The notes beneath the pieces were generated by a model that saw only the letters and a program-made list of their open reading frames with translations, was not told the origin of the DNA and ran no database searches. From positions 1 to 33,418 of the IMG/VR virus record IMGVR_UViG_3300020200_001870: a DNA stretch of 33,418 nucleotides; one strand, written 5' to 3'. This stretch comes from a virus. Lineage: Duplodnaviria; Caudoviricetes. Shown in pieces: positions 7,228-15,219 of the stretch; the first letter of the stretch is position 1, and every line of letters starts with the position of its first letter. The position numbers and the translations under genes are program-made.

Positions 7228-7266
7228 GTAGAACAGAACACCCCTCTGAGGGGTGTTCTGTTCTAC
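7228..7266. repeat. GTAGAA...TTCTAC palindrome where the rightward and leftward gene clusters converge
   Basis: GTAGAACAGAACACCCCTC-T-GAGGGGTGTTCTGTTCTAC (19-bp arms), between the stops at 7200 (+) and 7276 (-). Confidence 0.9.
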
Positions 7267-7275
7267 TGGTTGTAT

Positions 7276-7638
7276 TTAGTACTCTTTTACAATTACACCA
7301 CCATTAAACGGAAGGATAATTGTTAACGATTCTCGTTCTAGCCATTCCATAGCAGCGATTTCTTTTTCGTTCTCATCGACTTCGGATAGCTCACCTTCCT
7401 CGTCCGGATCAGGTTCATCCGGTTCATACCCATGTTCTTCTGCAGCCTCTAGTGCCGACTCATATTCAGTATACTGATCTCGAATTACTTCAACCTCTAG
7501 CTCTATGTCTACATTTTCGTTTTCTTCCATCTGTTCAATATGGTCGATGATTGCTCGAGCTCCTCTATAAGACCAATTGGCGTAACTATCTGCTAGAAGC
7601 ATATCAACGGCTTGACTGGTTGTTAATGTCATTTTCAT
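7276..7638 (-). CDS. Very acidic phage hypothetical protein
   Basis: 120 aa; AGGAGG RBS; NWSYRGARAIIDHIEQ...IELEVEVIR..YTEY; D/E-rich. Confidence 0.8.
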   Translation of the reverse strand: MKMTLTTSQAVDMLLADSYANWSYRGARAIIDHIEQMEENENVDIELEVEVIRDQYTEYESALEAAEEHGYEPDEPDPDEEGELSEVDENEKEIAAMEWLERESLTIILPFNGGVIVKEY

Positions 7639-7841
7639 TATACTACCTCCTGATAATCAATCATATATTGTATAGTTTTCTGAAGTGTTACCAAGTGCTC
7701 GGGCGTCAAATTGTATAATGTTAGCATTATTCCTTTATCAACTGTGCCTGACCACAATTCGACCGAAACATCACTTAACTGAATGTTAATTTGATTCTCT
7801 GAAGTAGACAATGTTTTTGTAGGATAAAAAACTAAATGCAT
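7638..7841 (-). CDS. Hypothetical protein
   Basis: 67 aa; TAATG-type overlap with the downstream gene; GGAG RBS. Confidence 0.65.
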   Translation of the reverse strand: MHLVFYPTKTLSTSENQINIQLSDVSVELWSGTVDKGIMLTLYNLTPEHLVTLQKTIQYMIDYQEVV

Positions 7842-7843
7842 TT

Positions 7844-8059
7844 CTAAATCTCCAGGCTGCTAGTTTGGTTCTTTAACAATTGAAATGATGCCATATAAAG
7901 TCCACCCCCCAACCCAAGGGCATTGTCAAATGCGTCAATAGTGTATTTGTAGACTTGATTATCTGTAGCTCCCGGAAACCTATAACGTATGACAGTCTGT
8001 ATCCAATCCCATGCTTGTATCATTTCTTGAATGTCGTTTTGTTCAGTTGTCTCGACCAT
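7844..8059 (-). CDS. Hypothetical protein
   Basis: 71 aa; AAGGGGG RBS; operon spacing. Confidence 0.65.
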   Translation of the reverse strand: MVETTEQNDIQEMIQAWDWIQTVIRYRFPGATDNQVYKYTIDAFDNALGLGGGLYMASFQLLKNQTSSLEI

Positions 8060-8149
8060 GTTATAGCCCCCTTAGATCCCAACTTACCCCGGGATAGGCA
8101 GAAACTAGGATGAGGATCTAGCTTCTGCCTATGCCGCGATCAGTGAACT

Positions 8150-8365
8150 CTAGTCAATATCACTGGAGTTGAATCGATGAGACGCAGCACCGTCAATCGG
8201 TCGAACGTCGAGATCGTTCTTCAGATGATTTGGGAATCCAGTTGTCGCATCGTTCCAGCCTTTTCCTAGGGCAATTTGTGCAGCCTCGTATGCACTATGT
8301 GCGGGGACTAACCACTCAAATTCAACAACCTGCTTGACTATGTATTGCCGGACACCACCGCCCAT
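8150..8365 (-). CDS. Hypothetical protein
   Basis: Start likely ATG 8365 after GGAGG (track start is 8377). Confidence 0.6.
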   Translation of the reverse strand: MGGGVRQYIVKQVVEFEWLVPAHSAYEAAQIALGKGWNDATTGFPNHLKNDLDVRPIDGAASHRFNSSDID

Positions 8366-8449
8366 AATTTCCTCCATAGCTCAGATCTCATATGCGGTTC
8401 ACTTGCCGCGGGATGCACTGAAACGGTTTGCTTCAGTGCATGGCCGCGA

Positions 8450-8584
8450 TTAGCGAATTCCTCGTCGAAGCTTATTCATGCATGAACCACAAAATCCCCA
8501 CCGTTCCTTATACCGATAATAAAACCATGATGGCTTTTTGCACAACTTGCAAACACTAGTTGTCTTGACCCAATTACCATTCAT
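8450..8584 (-). CDS. 44-aa CxxC...CxxC microprotein (not in the ORF track)
   Basis: MNGNWVKTTSVCKLCKKPSWFYYRYKERWGFCGSCMNKLRRGIR; GGAG RBS directly after the spacer leader. Confidence 0.7.
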   Translation of the reverse strand: MNGNWVKTTSVCKLCKKPSWFYYRYKERWGFCGSCMNKLRRGIR

Positions 8585-8596
8585 GTTGTACTCCGT

Positions 8597-8784
8597 GGTT
8601 TATCAATAACCGTTTTTATTGATAAGGCCATTATATATAGTTGAAGAGGAGAAGTAAACCAGTTTACAAAGGAGAGAAAGTATGGTATAATGAAGAAATG
8701 AGTAAGAAGAGAATCCGTAGAACTTCCCATGGGATGGGAAGTTCTACGGATTATGCCACGAGGGGGATTTTTAAAATCCCCCTC
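8597..8784. repeat. Type-I spacer copy 1: leader inverted repeat, back-to-back promoters, GTAGAA hairpin, GGGGG/CCCCC hairpin
   Basis: TTATCAATAA-N6-TTATTGATAA; minus TTTACT-N17-TATAAT (8658-8630); plus TTTACA-N17-TATAAT (8663-8691); hairpins at 8712-8752 and 8760-8784. Confidence 0.9.
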
Positions 8785-8818
8785 TCATTCGTCGCTTCGC
8801 TGTTTACGGGTGTACGCG

Positions 8819-9142
8819 TTAGGACCCCGGCGCGTCTGATGGCAACTTTAGCTCCCACCAAGTGGGCCATATAACCGACGTTTCTTCGGGGCGAGTACCG
8901 TCGTCGTTGACGTGCGTCCTGCACGTGGCACAGATGCAAGCGTCGTCGGGTTCCTGTTCGGAGTCGGCTTCGAGCTGCACCGACTCGACCGGCGGGCTGA
9001 AGGTGTGCGTGTGGGTGGCGTGCGCTCCACAGTAGCACTCCCAATAGACCAAGACGGTGTAGTCGGGCCACAAGCCGCCATTGTCGATGTTGTTCTGTTC
9101 GATCTGTCTTGACCATGCGTGCCTGTGCGTTGCCATTTCCAT
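8819..9142 (-). CDS. Cys/His-rich hypothetical protein in a GC-rich segment
   Basis: 107 aa; GGAGGT RBS; HRHAW...CYCG...CICATC. Confidence 0.65.
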   Translation of the reverse strand: MEMATHRHAWSRQIEQNNIDNGGLWPDYTVLVYWECYCGAHATHTHTFSPPVESVQLEADSEQEPDDACICATCRTHVNDDGTRPEETSVIWPTWWELKLPSDAPGS

Positions 9143-9229
9143 TACCTCCTGGGCGTCGGTCAGGCGTCCCTCTAATCATTGCCCTCTTTGGTCGAGCCGA
9201 TGCAGAACTGGCAGGTACATTCAGGGCCA

Positions 9230-9478
9230 TTATTTGGGATCCTGGCGAAGCCGCTCAATCGTCTGCCGCAATTTCTCAATGGCTTCCTTGTTTTCCGGAG
9301 AAGGGCGCTTATACATCCCCCTTAGCGATTCTTCAAGGGCTTTGATCGCGTGACGTTGGCACATGCCGAGATACACGACCGGAGTCGGGCATGGATATCG
9401 ATGTATGTTAGGTGGTTTTATGTATGGATCGCGCCTCACAATATCAACGGAGCATTTTTTCGCTTCGGAAACCTTCAC
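9230..9478 (-). CDS. Hypothetical protein
   Basis: Likely GTG start at 9478 after GGTGGGGG; the track TTG start (9511) lies inside the spacer hairpin. Confidence 0.6.
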   Translation of the reverse strand: MKVSEAKKCSVDIVRRDPYIKPPNIHRYPCPTPVVYLGMCQRHAIKALEESLRGMYKRPSPENKEAIEKLRQTIERLRQDPK

Positions 9479-9505
9479 TTTGAACCCCCACCGTTGCCAG
9501 TCAGG

Positions 9506-9698
9506 TACCAATAACCGTTTTTATTGGTAGGATTATTATATATGGTCTGAGGGGAGAAGTAAACCAGTTTACAGGGGCACAAAAGTATGGTATAATAAAG
9601 AAATGAGTAAGAAGAGGATCCGTAGAACTGAACCCTCCAGAAGAGGGTTCAGTTCTACGGATTATGCCACGAGGGGGATTTTTAAAATCCCCCTCGTG
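9506..9698. repeat. Type-I spacer copy 2
   Basis: TACCAATAA-N6-TTATTGGTA; minus promoter 9563-9535; plus promoter 9568-9596; hairpins at 9618-9662 and 9668-9698. Confidence 0.9.
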
Positions 9699-9710
9699 TG
9701 AAGCACTCAC

Positions 9711-10085
9711 TTATGACACAGTGGAGAATTTACCAGGACCGTCAGTGTCGTTTTCAGAGGGCTTAATTCCTTCGTTCATAATTGCTAATCTAGCGGCCTT
9801 GCAATCTGATCGGAATTGGAATCCCCGCCCCATATACGACTCTCTTTCCATACCAGCAGTCACATCTGCAATTCTAGATGCTAATGTGAATGAACTAACA
9901 CCATCTTCAAAGTCCCAGAGTGGACCCTTTGGATTATTTGGGTCATGCTTGAAACTTGTTCCTCCAAAGGTAAGGCCGAATGGTTCTCCGATTTTGTTTG
10001 CCTCTTCAGTTTTGATAATTCTGTGGCTACCAATATCGTTTTCTAGTCGATCAATGGCTGTGAGTTTCTCTTCTTTAGTACTCAT
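9711..10085 (-). CDS. Hypothetical protein
   Basis: Start moved to ATG 10085 (MSTKEEK...) after GGAG; the track N-terminus MILPIKTVIG is translated spacer. Confidence 0.75.
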   Translation of the reverse strand: MSTKEEKLTAIDRLENDIGSHRIIKTEEANKIGEPFGLTFGGTSFKHDPNNPKGPLWDFEDGVSSFTLASRIADVTAGMERESYMGRGFQFRSDCKAARLAIMNEGIKPSENDTDGPGKFSTVS

Positions 10086-10105
10086 TGTTACTCCGTTATT
10101 TGTTT

Positions 10106-10267
10106 TACCAATAACCGTTTTTATTGGTAGGATCATTATATCATATTGGGATCCATATGTAAAGGTGGTTTACAAAGGAGAAAAAGTATGGCAGTAGAAC
10201 TGAACCCTCCAGAAGAGGGTTCAGTTCTACGGATTATGTCACGAGGGGGATAAAAATCCCCCTCGTG
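10106..10267. repeat. Type-I spacer copy 3 (plus-strand -10 deleted)
   Basis: Same leader inverted repeat; minus TTTACA-N17-TATAAT (10163-10135); plus TTTACA at 10169 without a TATAAT; hairpins at 10194-10230 and 10240-10267. Confidence 0.9.
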
Positions 10268-10276
10268 AATTTACTT

Positions 10277-10663
10277 CTAAGCCAAGTACTTTTCCCTAAT
10301 TCTTTCTGCTATGTATGAAAATGAACGTCCATTATCGTTCAGTCTAGCATACTCCATAAAATCATTGTCATCATCATCCTCGGGAAACCGTTCTATTTCA
10401 ATCCATTCGTATACTAGATCAGGAGGGAAAATATATTCGGCGTCATAACTAATATTCCAACCTTTAGGATAAAGCTCAGAATTATGGAGATTATCTTCTA
10501 TTTCTAGGGGAACTCCATCTTCTATAGCAACTTCACATAAAACGCCCAAGCAACAATATAGATCTTTATTTCCTTCTTTTGTTCTAAGTGCATTCTTTCC
10601 TTGAGAAAACTTTCCAGATAGCAAAGCATCGACCCACTTTTGAATTCTTTCCTTATTTGCCAT
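10277..10663 (-). CDS. Phage hypothetical protein, paralogue of 2663-3055
   Basis: NKERIQKWVDALLSGKFSQGKNALR...YCCLGVLCEVAIEDGV; GGAGG RBS. Confidence 0.85.
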   Translation of the reverse strand: MANKERIQKWVDALLSGKFSQGKNALRTKEGNKDLYCCLGVLCEVAIEDGVPLEIEDNLHNSELYPKGWNISYDAEYIFPPDLVYEWIEIERFPEDDDDNDFMEYARLNDNGRSFSYIAERIREKYLA

Positions 10664-10705
10664 CAGAAACCTCCAGCGGTGGAGACCGCTTATTCTAAAT
10701 TGTGG

Positions 10706-10900
10706 CTAGTCATTGAATACTCGGATAGTGTCTCCGGTACTATCTACAAAGTAGTCTACATGCTCAATCTCATTAGTGAAGGAGTTACGAACTATATTTG
10801 TGCGGAAAACTATGCCATAACGCCCAGCAAGCAATTTTTTTGGCCAGATCCCAGGAGGTAATCTGAGTTCTGAAGCTTCGATGGTTTTTACTTGTGACAT
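10706..10900 (-). CDS. Hypothetical protein (EASEL..PPG.WP...VFND)
   Basis: 64 aa; AAGGA RBS; a CCTCCCCTCTC/GAGAGGGGAGG hairpin (about 10919-10944) lies upstream. Confidence 0.75.
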   Translation of the reverse strand: MSQVKTIEASELRLPPGIWPKKLLAGRYGIVFRTNIVRNSFTNEIEHVDYFVDSTGDTIRVFND

Positions 10901-10967
10901 TGTTGTTTCCTTTTTCCTCCTCCCCTCTCTTTCGAGAGGGGAGGATTTGGTTCAACCTCGTCTTGTT

Positions 10968-11177
10968 TTAGCTAGCGTCTACATATTTACAGACGGTTCG
11001 GAGAAGGTTATCGTAGTCACCGCTAGTTGCCTCGCGTTGGAATTCATTGATGTCGTCTATAGTTGCACCACCACGTCGCAAGGCTCGAGTTACCCGACCA
11101 AGAATAGAGAACGCGTTGCCATCTTCGCCTACTAGTTGGACCGTGATTTCCGGGTACTTAGGCGTGTAGCCTATCAT
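10968..11177 (-). CDS. Conserved phage hypothetical protein (L.G.DGNAF.I.G.V..AL...SGDY..LL family)
   Basis: Recognisable motif; GGAGG RBS. Confidence 0.85.
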   Translation of the reverse strand: MIGYTPKYPEITVQLVGEDGNAFSILGRVTRALRRGGATIDDINEFQREATSGDYDNLLRTVCKYVDAS

Positions 11178-11198
11178 GTCGGACCTCCGTTATTTGTT

Positions 11199-11366
11199 TT
11201 ACCAATAACCGTTTTTATTGGTAAGACCATTATATACTGTCAAAGGGGAGAAGTAAACCAGTGTACAGGAGAGTAAAAGTATGATATAATGAAGATCCGT
11301 AGAACTTCCCATGGGATGGGAAGTTCTACGGATTATGTCACGAGGGGGATTTTTATCCCCCTCGTG
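11199..11366. repeat. Type-I spacer copy 4
   Basis: Leader inverted repeat; minus promoter 11257-11229; plus TGTACA-N17-TATAAT 11262-11290; hairpins at 11295-11333 and 11339-11366. Confidence 0.9.
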
Positions 11367-11378
11367 TGAAGCACTCCT

Positions 11379-11795
11379 TTATACTACTTCTTGGTAAAGC
11401 CCATAGTCTTCGTCAGTTCCGAGACCAGCACTGCGGAGTACATCGGAATCGGCTTCTGCGTCTCTGCCACGGAATGGGTCGGGGTCGTAATCGTCTTGAC
11501 TGTAGTAGTCTTCTCTTGCATTCTCGTCGCAAGTACACTGTGGCTTTGCGACTTGCTCAAGTTTTATCAGCAAAGACCGACTTACTAAGTCGTTCACGTT
11601 GTTACCAGGGATTTCCTGCTTGAGATAGGATTGCCGTCTCCAATCGTATATAACGTTATTGACAGAGTCAAGCAAGTCATCAGGATTGGGAATGAATTCT
11701 GGTGCGTTATCGCTGGCCAGGCATCTGGGGTGATGATCTTCTTGATTCCATGGAGCCCTTGGATCGTAAAAAGAACCGGGGGGATAGTTACCCAT
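11379..11795 (-). CDS. Acidic phage hypothetical protein (NYPPG...DPRAPWN N-terminus; SAG.GTDEDYG C-terminus)
   Basis: Start moved to ATG 11795 after AAGGAG. Confidence 0.8.
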   Translation of the reverse strand: MGNYPPGSFYDPRAPWNQEDHHPRCLASDNAPEFIPNPDDLLDSVNNVIYDWRRQSYLKQEIPGNNVNDLVSRSLLIKLEQVAKPQCTCDENAREDYYSQDDYDPDPFRGRDAEADSDVLRSAGLGTDEDYGLYQEVV

Positions 11796-11810
11796 AGACG
11801 TACTCCTTGG

Positions 11811-11981
11811 TTTACCAATAATCGTTTTTATTGGTAGGACCATTATATACGGTTTAGGAGGAAAAGTAAACCAGTGTACAAAGGAGCAAAAGTATGGTAT
11901 AATGAAGATCCGTAGAACTTCCCATGGGATGGGAAGTTCTACGGATTATGTCACGGGGGGGAATGAAAATTCCCCCCCGTG
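11811..11981. repeat. Type-I spacer copy 5 (transitional to type II)
   Basis: Leader inverted repeat; back-to-back promoters 11870-11842 and 11875-11903; hairpins at 11908-11946 and 11952-11981. The last is the type-II H4 hairpin with its loop inverted. Confidence 0.9.
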
Positions 11982-11988
11982 CGGTGAA

Positions 11989-12270
11989 TTAAGGCCTGTA
12001 GTCGGCCGGGAAACCACACTCTATGTTCATTGCTGGGATTATCTGATCTCTCATTACTATCGAGTCCTTGGCCTTCTTGAGCACCCACCCAAGATCGTGT
12101 GGCTTCTCCAGAGAGTTATTCCAGACCTTTAGAGCTATCCCGATTTTCTGGCCAAGGTCCTTCATGTAGGAATCTTCGTTCGTTTCGTTCTTCCATACGT
12201 AGTTGACGATGGCATCGATGCTATTCATTGTTAAGTACATCATTTTAATCTGATCATCGACGTTCTTCAT
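11989..12270 (-). CDS. Cassette ORF, hypothetical
   Basis: 93 aa; AAGGAG RBS supplied by the spacer. Confidence 0.8.
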   Translation of the reverse strand: MKNVDDQIKMMYLTMNSIDAIVNYVWKNETNEDSYMKDLGQKIGIALKVWNNSLEKPHDLGWVLKKAKDSIVMRDQIIPAMNIECGFPADYRP

Positions 12271-12404
12271 ACTTACTCCTTAGGAGTTGCCTCCTATATA
12301 ATGCAGGGTAAAAGTGCCCTGCAGTAGAATTGTAGAACTTTCCCTTCGGGAAAGTTCTACTGAATAGGACACGGGGGGAATTTTCATTCCCCCCGTGTGA
12401 TGAT

Positions 12405-12827
12405 TTAGTTGCAGCACCTCCTAGTGCATTCCTGGCAGCACTTGTCCTCGCACTTCCGGGTCACCGGGATACAGCCATGGTGTTCGTGCTTCTTGTTGTA
12501 CTCATCTATGGTTTCAGAGAGGCATTGAGCGATGCCTGCAGCCTCTTCCATCTGGCCACAATCGCCGTGGGTATATGCCCTCATGGACTTGATTCCACTG
12601 ATCAGGTCATATCTCTTGTAGAAGTGGCATGCCTCGATCAGGAAGTCACAGAAGTGGCAGGTCACTCGGGAGGTGGGGCAGAGCTTAGGAGCTTTCTTCC
12701 CCTTTGTTACCTTCCAGACCCACTCTCCTTTGATGAGCTTCCAATTGCCTCCCTCGTCACACATAGCAGGTGCGGTCTGAATCCAGACCCCCTTGATGAA
12801 CTTCCAACCGTGCATGAAGTCTGCCAT
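12405..12827 (-). CDS. Cassette ORF: two W-K-[FL]-I-K-G-x-W repeats, a family-B-like CxxC/RxDL domain and a Cys-rich tail
   Basis: CHFCDFLIEACHFYKRYDLISGIKSM aligns with CPLCSALIAFFDFYGRYDLIERIKHL of family B. Confidence 0.8.
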   Translation of the reverse strand: MADFMHGWKFIKGVWIQTAPAMCDEGGNWKLIKGEWVWKVTKGKKAPKLCPTSRVTCHFCDFLIEACHFYKRYDLISGIKSMRAYTHGDCGQMEEAAGIAQCLSETIDEYNKKHEHHGCIPVTRKCEDKCCQECTRRCCN

Positions 12828-12962
12828 GCTTACTCCTTAGGAGTTGCCTCCTATATGTTTTTGCCAGAGCAAAAGTGCCCTGCAGTAGAATTATAGAACT
12901 TTCCCTTCGGTAAAGTTCTACGGAAGTGGGCACAGGGGGGAGGAGCCCCCCTGTGCGATGGA

Positions 12963-13232
12963 CTAGGATTCGATCAGGTGGAAGTCACCCACTGGACATG
13001 TCTCTGTTCCATCACAGATTACCATCTGCGGGTTCATGAGAGCTTTCCAGATGAGGTTGAGGTCCTTCTTCAGATGAAAGACGTGCTCATGTGGTCTGCC
13101 GTTCATAACGGCGAAGTCATTGTCTTCCTTCATCCTGAGGTCTTGGAGCCACTCAATAACGTCCTGTCGATTGAGCTTTGTAGCTGCAAGCCATATGGCT
13201 GCATCCAAAGCATTAAAGAGTTCAGGTTGCAT
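12963..13232 (-). CDS. Cassette ORF family A, copy 1
   Basis: Close paralogue of 14810-15085 and 15220-15495. Confidence 0.85.
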   Translation of the reverse strand: MQPELFNALDAAIWLAATKLNRQDVIEWLQDLRMKEDNDFAVMNGRPHEHVFHLKKDLNLIWKALMNPQMVICDGTETCPVGDFHLIES

Positions 13233-13370
13233 GGCCGTACTCCTTAGGAGTTGCCTCCTATATTGTTTTTACCGAGAATTCGCTCGGTAGTAGAATGGTA
13301 GAACCCCCCTTCGGGGGGATTCTACTGGAAGAGGGCACGGGGGGAATTTTCATTCCCCCCGTGTGAGGAT

Positions 13371-13628
13371 TTAGCTAGGCTTTTTGATGCAGGCTACCCC
13401 ACCTTCCTCGCCAGGATCTCGCATGTCGAAGATCCAAACACCACCGTCCAAGATTTTCTCGACTGCTGCCTTATCTTCGGAGAAGCTTTGAATCATGTCA
13501 GCCACTTGTTCTACCAGATCAGGCACAGTCTCAGCATTCTGAGTGAGGTGATTGATTTTCTCAATCAGGTCATCTCTGCCATAGAAGCGGAAGAACGCTA
13601 TAAGAGCGGAGCAAAGGGGACACTCCAT
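13371..13628 (-). CDS. Cassette ORF family B, copy 1
   Basis: MECPLCSALIAFF...; paralogue of 15634-15879. Confidence 0.85.
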   Translation of the reverse strand: MECPLCSALIAFFRFYGRDDLIEKINHLTQNAETVPDLVEQVADMIQSFSEDKAAVEKILDGGVWIFDMRDPGEEGGVACIKKPS

Positions 13629-13769
13629 TGTCCATTCTCCTTTTAGGGGTTACCCCCTATATTGTTTTTACCGAGAATTCGCTCGGTAGTAGAATTATAG
13701 AACTTTCCCTTCGGTAAAGTTCTACGGAAGAGGGCACGGGGGGAATTTTCATTCCCCCCGTGTGAGGGC

Positions 13770-13901
13770 CTAGGATAGTTTTCGGTTAGTGGAAATGTGC
13801 CACCAAGTTGGTGGGCACTTCTTGTGGATCCAGCCATTCTTAGTTTTGATCATTCTGAAGGAACCCTTTCTGCTTAGCACATTGCACTTGATGCAAATCA
13901 T
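13770..13901 (-). CDS. Cassette ORF family C microprotein, 43 aa (not in the ORF track)
   Basis: MICIKCNVLSRKGSFRMIKTKNGWIHKKCPPTWWHISTNRKLS; AAGGAG RBS; fills the inter-spacer interval exactly. Confidence 0.85.
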   Translation of the reverse strand: MICIKCNVLSRKGSFRMIKTKNGWIHKKCPPTWWHISTNRKLS

Positions 13902-14034
13902 TGCTGTCTCCTTAGGGGTTACCCCTATATATTACCAGGGCGAGTGCCCTGCAGTAGAATGGTAGAACTTTCCCTTCGGTAAAGTTCTACGGAAGTGGGC
14001 ACGGGGGGAATTTTCATTCCCCCCGTGCGGGAGC

Positions 14035-14349
14035 TTACTGTGCCTCTTCGAGATTGATTGGGTACTTAGTTCCCCAGCGGTCCTTCCACTCCTGGGTGAA
14101 CTTGGTTGGGTCATCGGTGGCCAGAGGGTACTCTGGGTAATCCTCCGCCCCAATCATCATTCGGAGCTTCGTACCCAACTCTCGGAAGAATCGCCAGTCA
14201 CTGTGTGGGATGCCAGTGTACTCCCGGCGAGCACACATGATGTCACAGTGCCTAATCAAACTCATGATCTGTCCATCATTGCGATGGGAGAGGTCGACTG
14301 GAAGGAACTTCGCTGCCGCCTCTTCCGCCGTGTATAGACGGTTGTTCAT
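14035..14349 (-). CDS. Cassette ORF D, hypothetical
   Basis: 104 aa; AAGGAG RBS; fills the inter-spacer interval. Confidence 0.8.
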   Translation of the reverse strand: MNNRLYTAEEAAAKFLPVDLSHRNDGQIMSLIRHCDIMCARREYTGIPHSDWRFFRELGTKLRMMIGAEDYPEYPLATDDPTKFTQEWKDRWGTKYPINLEEAQ

Positions 14350-14480
14350 GCTTGTCTCCTTAGGAGGTATTGTTTTTGCCAGGGCGAGTGCCCTGCTCAG
14401 TAGAATTATAGAACCTTCCTTCGGAAGGTTCTACTGAATAGGGGGCACGGGGGGAATTTTCATTCCCCCCGTGCGGGAGC

Positions 14481-14675
14481 TTACTGCTGTGTTTCCACGC
14501 TTTCAGGGAGTGGAGATTGCTTTCCCTCGATAGCGAATGAGCATTTTATTGAGCAGCACCATCTGTCATTGAACTTGAAGTCGGATGGGCTCCCACATAT
14601 TGTACATGCACCGTACTTAAAGTGCCAGGTACCGTCTGTCCACAGACGAGTCCACCAAACCATTTGTTGCTTCAT
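14481..14675 (-). CDS. Cassette ORF E, zinc-finger-like (CxxCG...CCSxxC)
   Basis: 64 aa; AAGGAG RBS; fills the inter-spacer interval. Confidence 0.8.
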   Translation of the reverse strand: MKQQMVWWTRLWTDGTWHFKYGACTICGSPSDFKFNDRWCCSIKCSFAIEGKQSPLPESVETQQ

Positions 14676-14809
14676 GCCGCACTCCTTTTAGGGGTCGCCC
14701 CCTTTATAATGCAGGGTAAAAGTGCCCTGCAGTAGAATGGTAGAACTTTCCCTTCGGTAAAGTTCTACGGAAGTGGGCACAGGGGGGAGGAGCCCCCCTG
14801 TGCGATGGA

Positions 14810-15085
14810 CTAGGATTCGATCAGGTGGAAGTCATTCACTGGACACACTTCGCTCTCTGCTCCATTGCAGATTATCATCTGCGGGTTCATGAGAGCTTTC
14901 CAGATAAGACCGAGATCCTTCTCCAGATGAAAGGTGTACTCATGTGCTCCCCCGTTCATGGTGGAGAAGTCATGGTTTTCCTTGAACTGGAGGTCTTGGA
15001 GCCACTCAATGACGTCCTGTCGATTGAGTGTTGTGGCTGCAAGCCATAGGGCTGCATCCAAGGCCTTATAGAGAGAAGGTTGCAT
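14810..15085 (-). CDS. Cassette ORF family A, copy 2
   Basis: 91 aa; near-identical to 15220-15495. Confidence 0.85.
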   Translation of the reverse strand: MQPSLYKALDAALWLAATTLNRQDVIEWLQDLQFKENHDFSTMNGGAHEYTFHLEKDLGLIWKALMNPQMIICNGAESEVCPVNDFHLIES

Positions 15086-15219
15086 GGCCGTACTCCTTAG
15101 GGGTTACCCCCTATATTGTTTTTACCGAGAATTCGCTCGGTAGTAGAATGGTAGAACCCCCCTTCGGGGGGATTCTACTGGAAGGGGCACAGGGGGGAGG
15201 AGCCCCCCTGTGCGATGGA

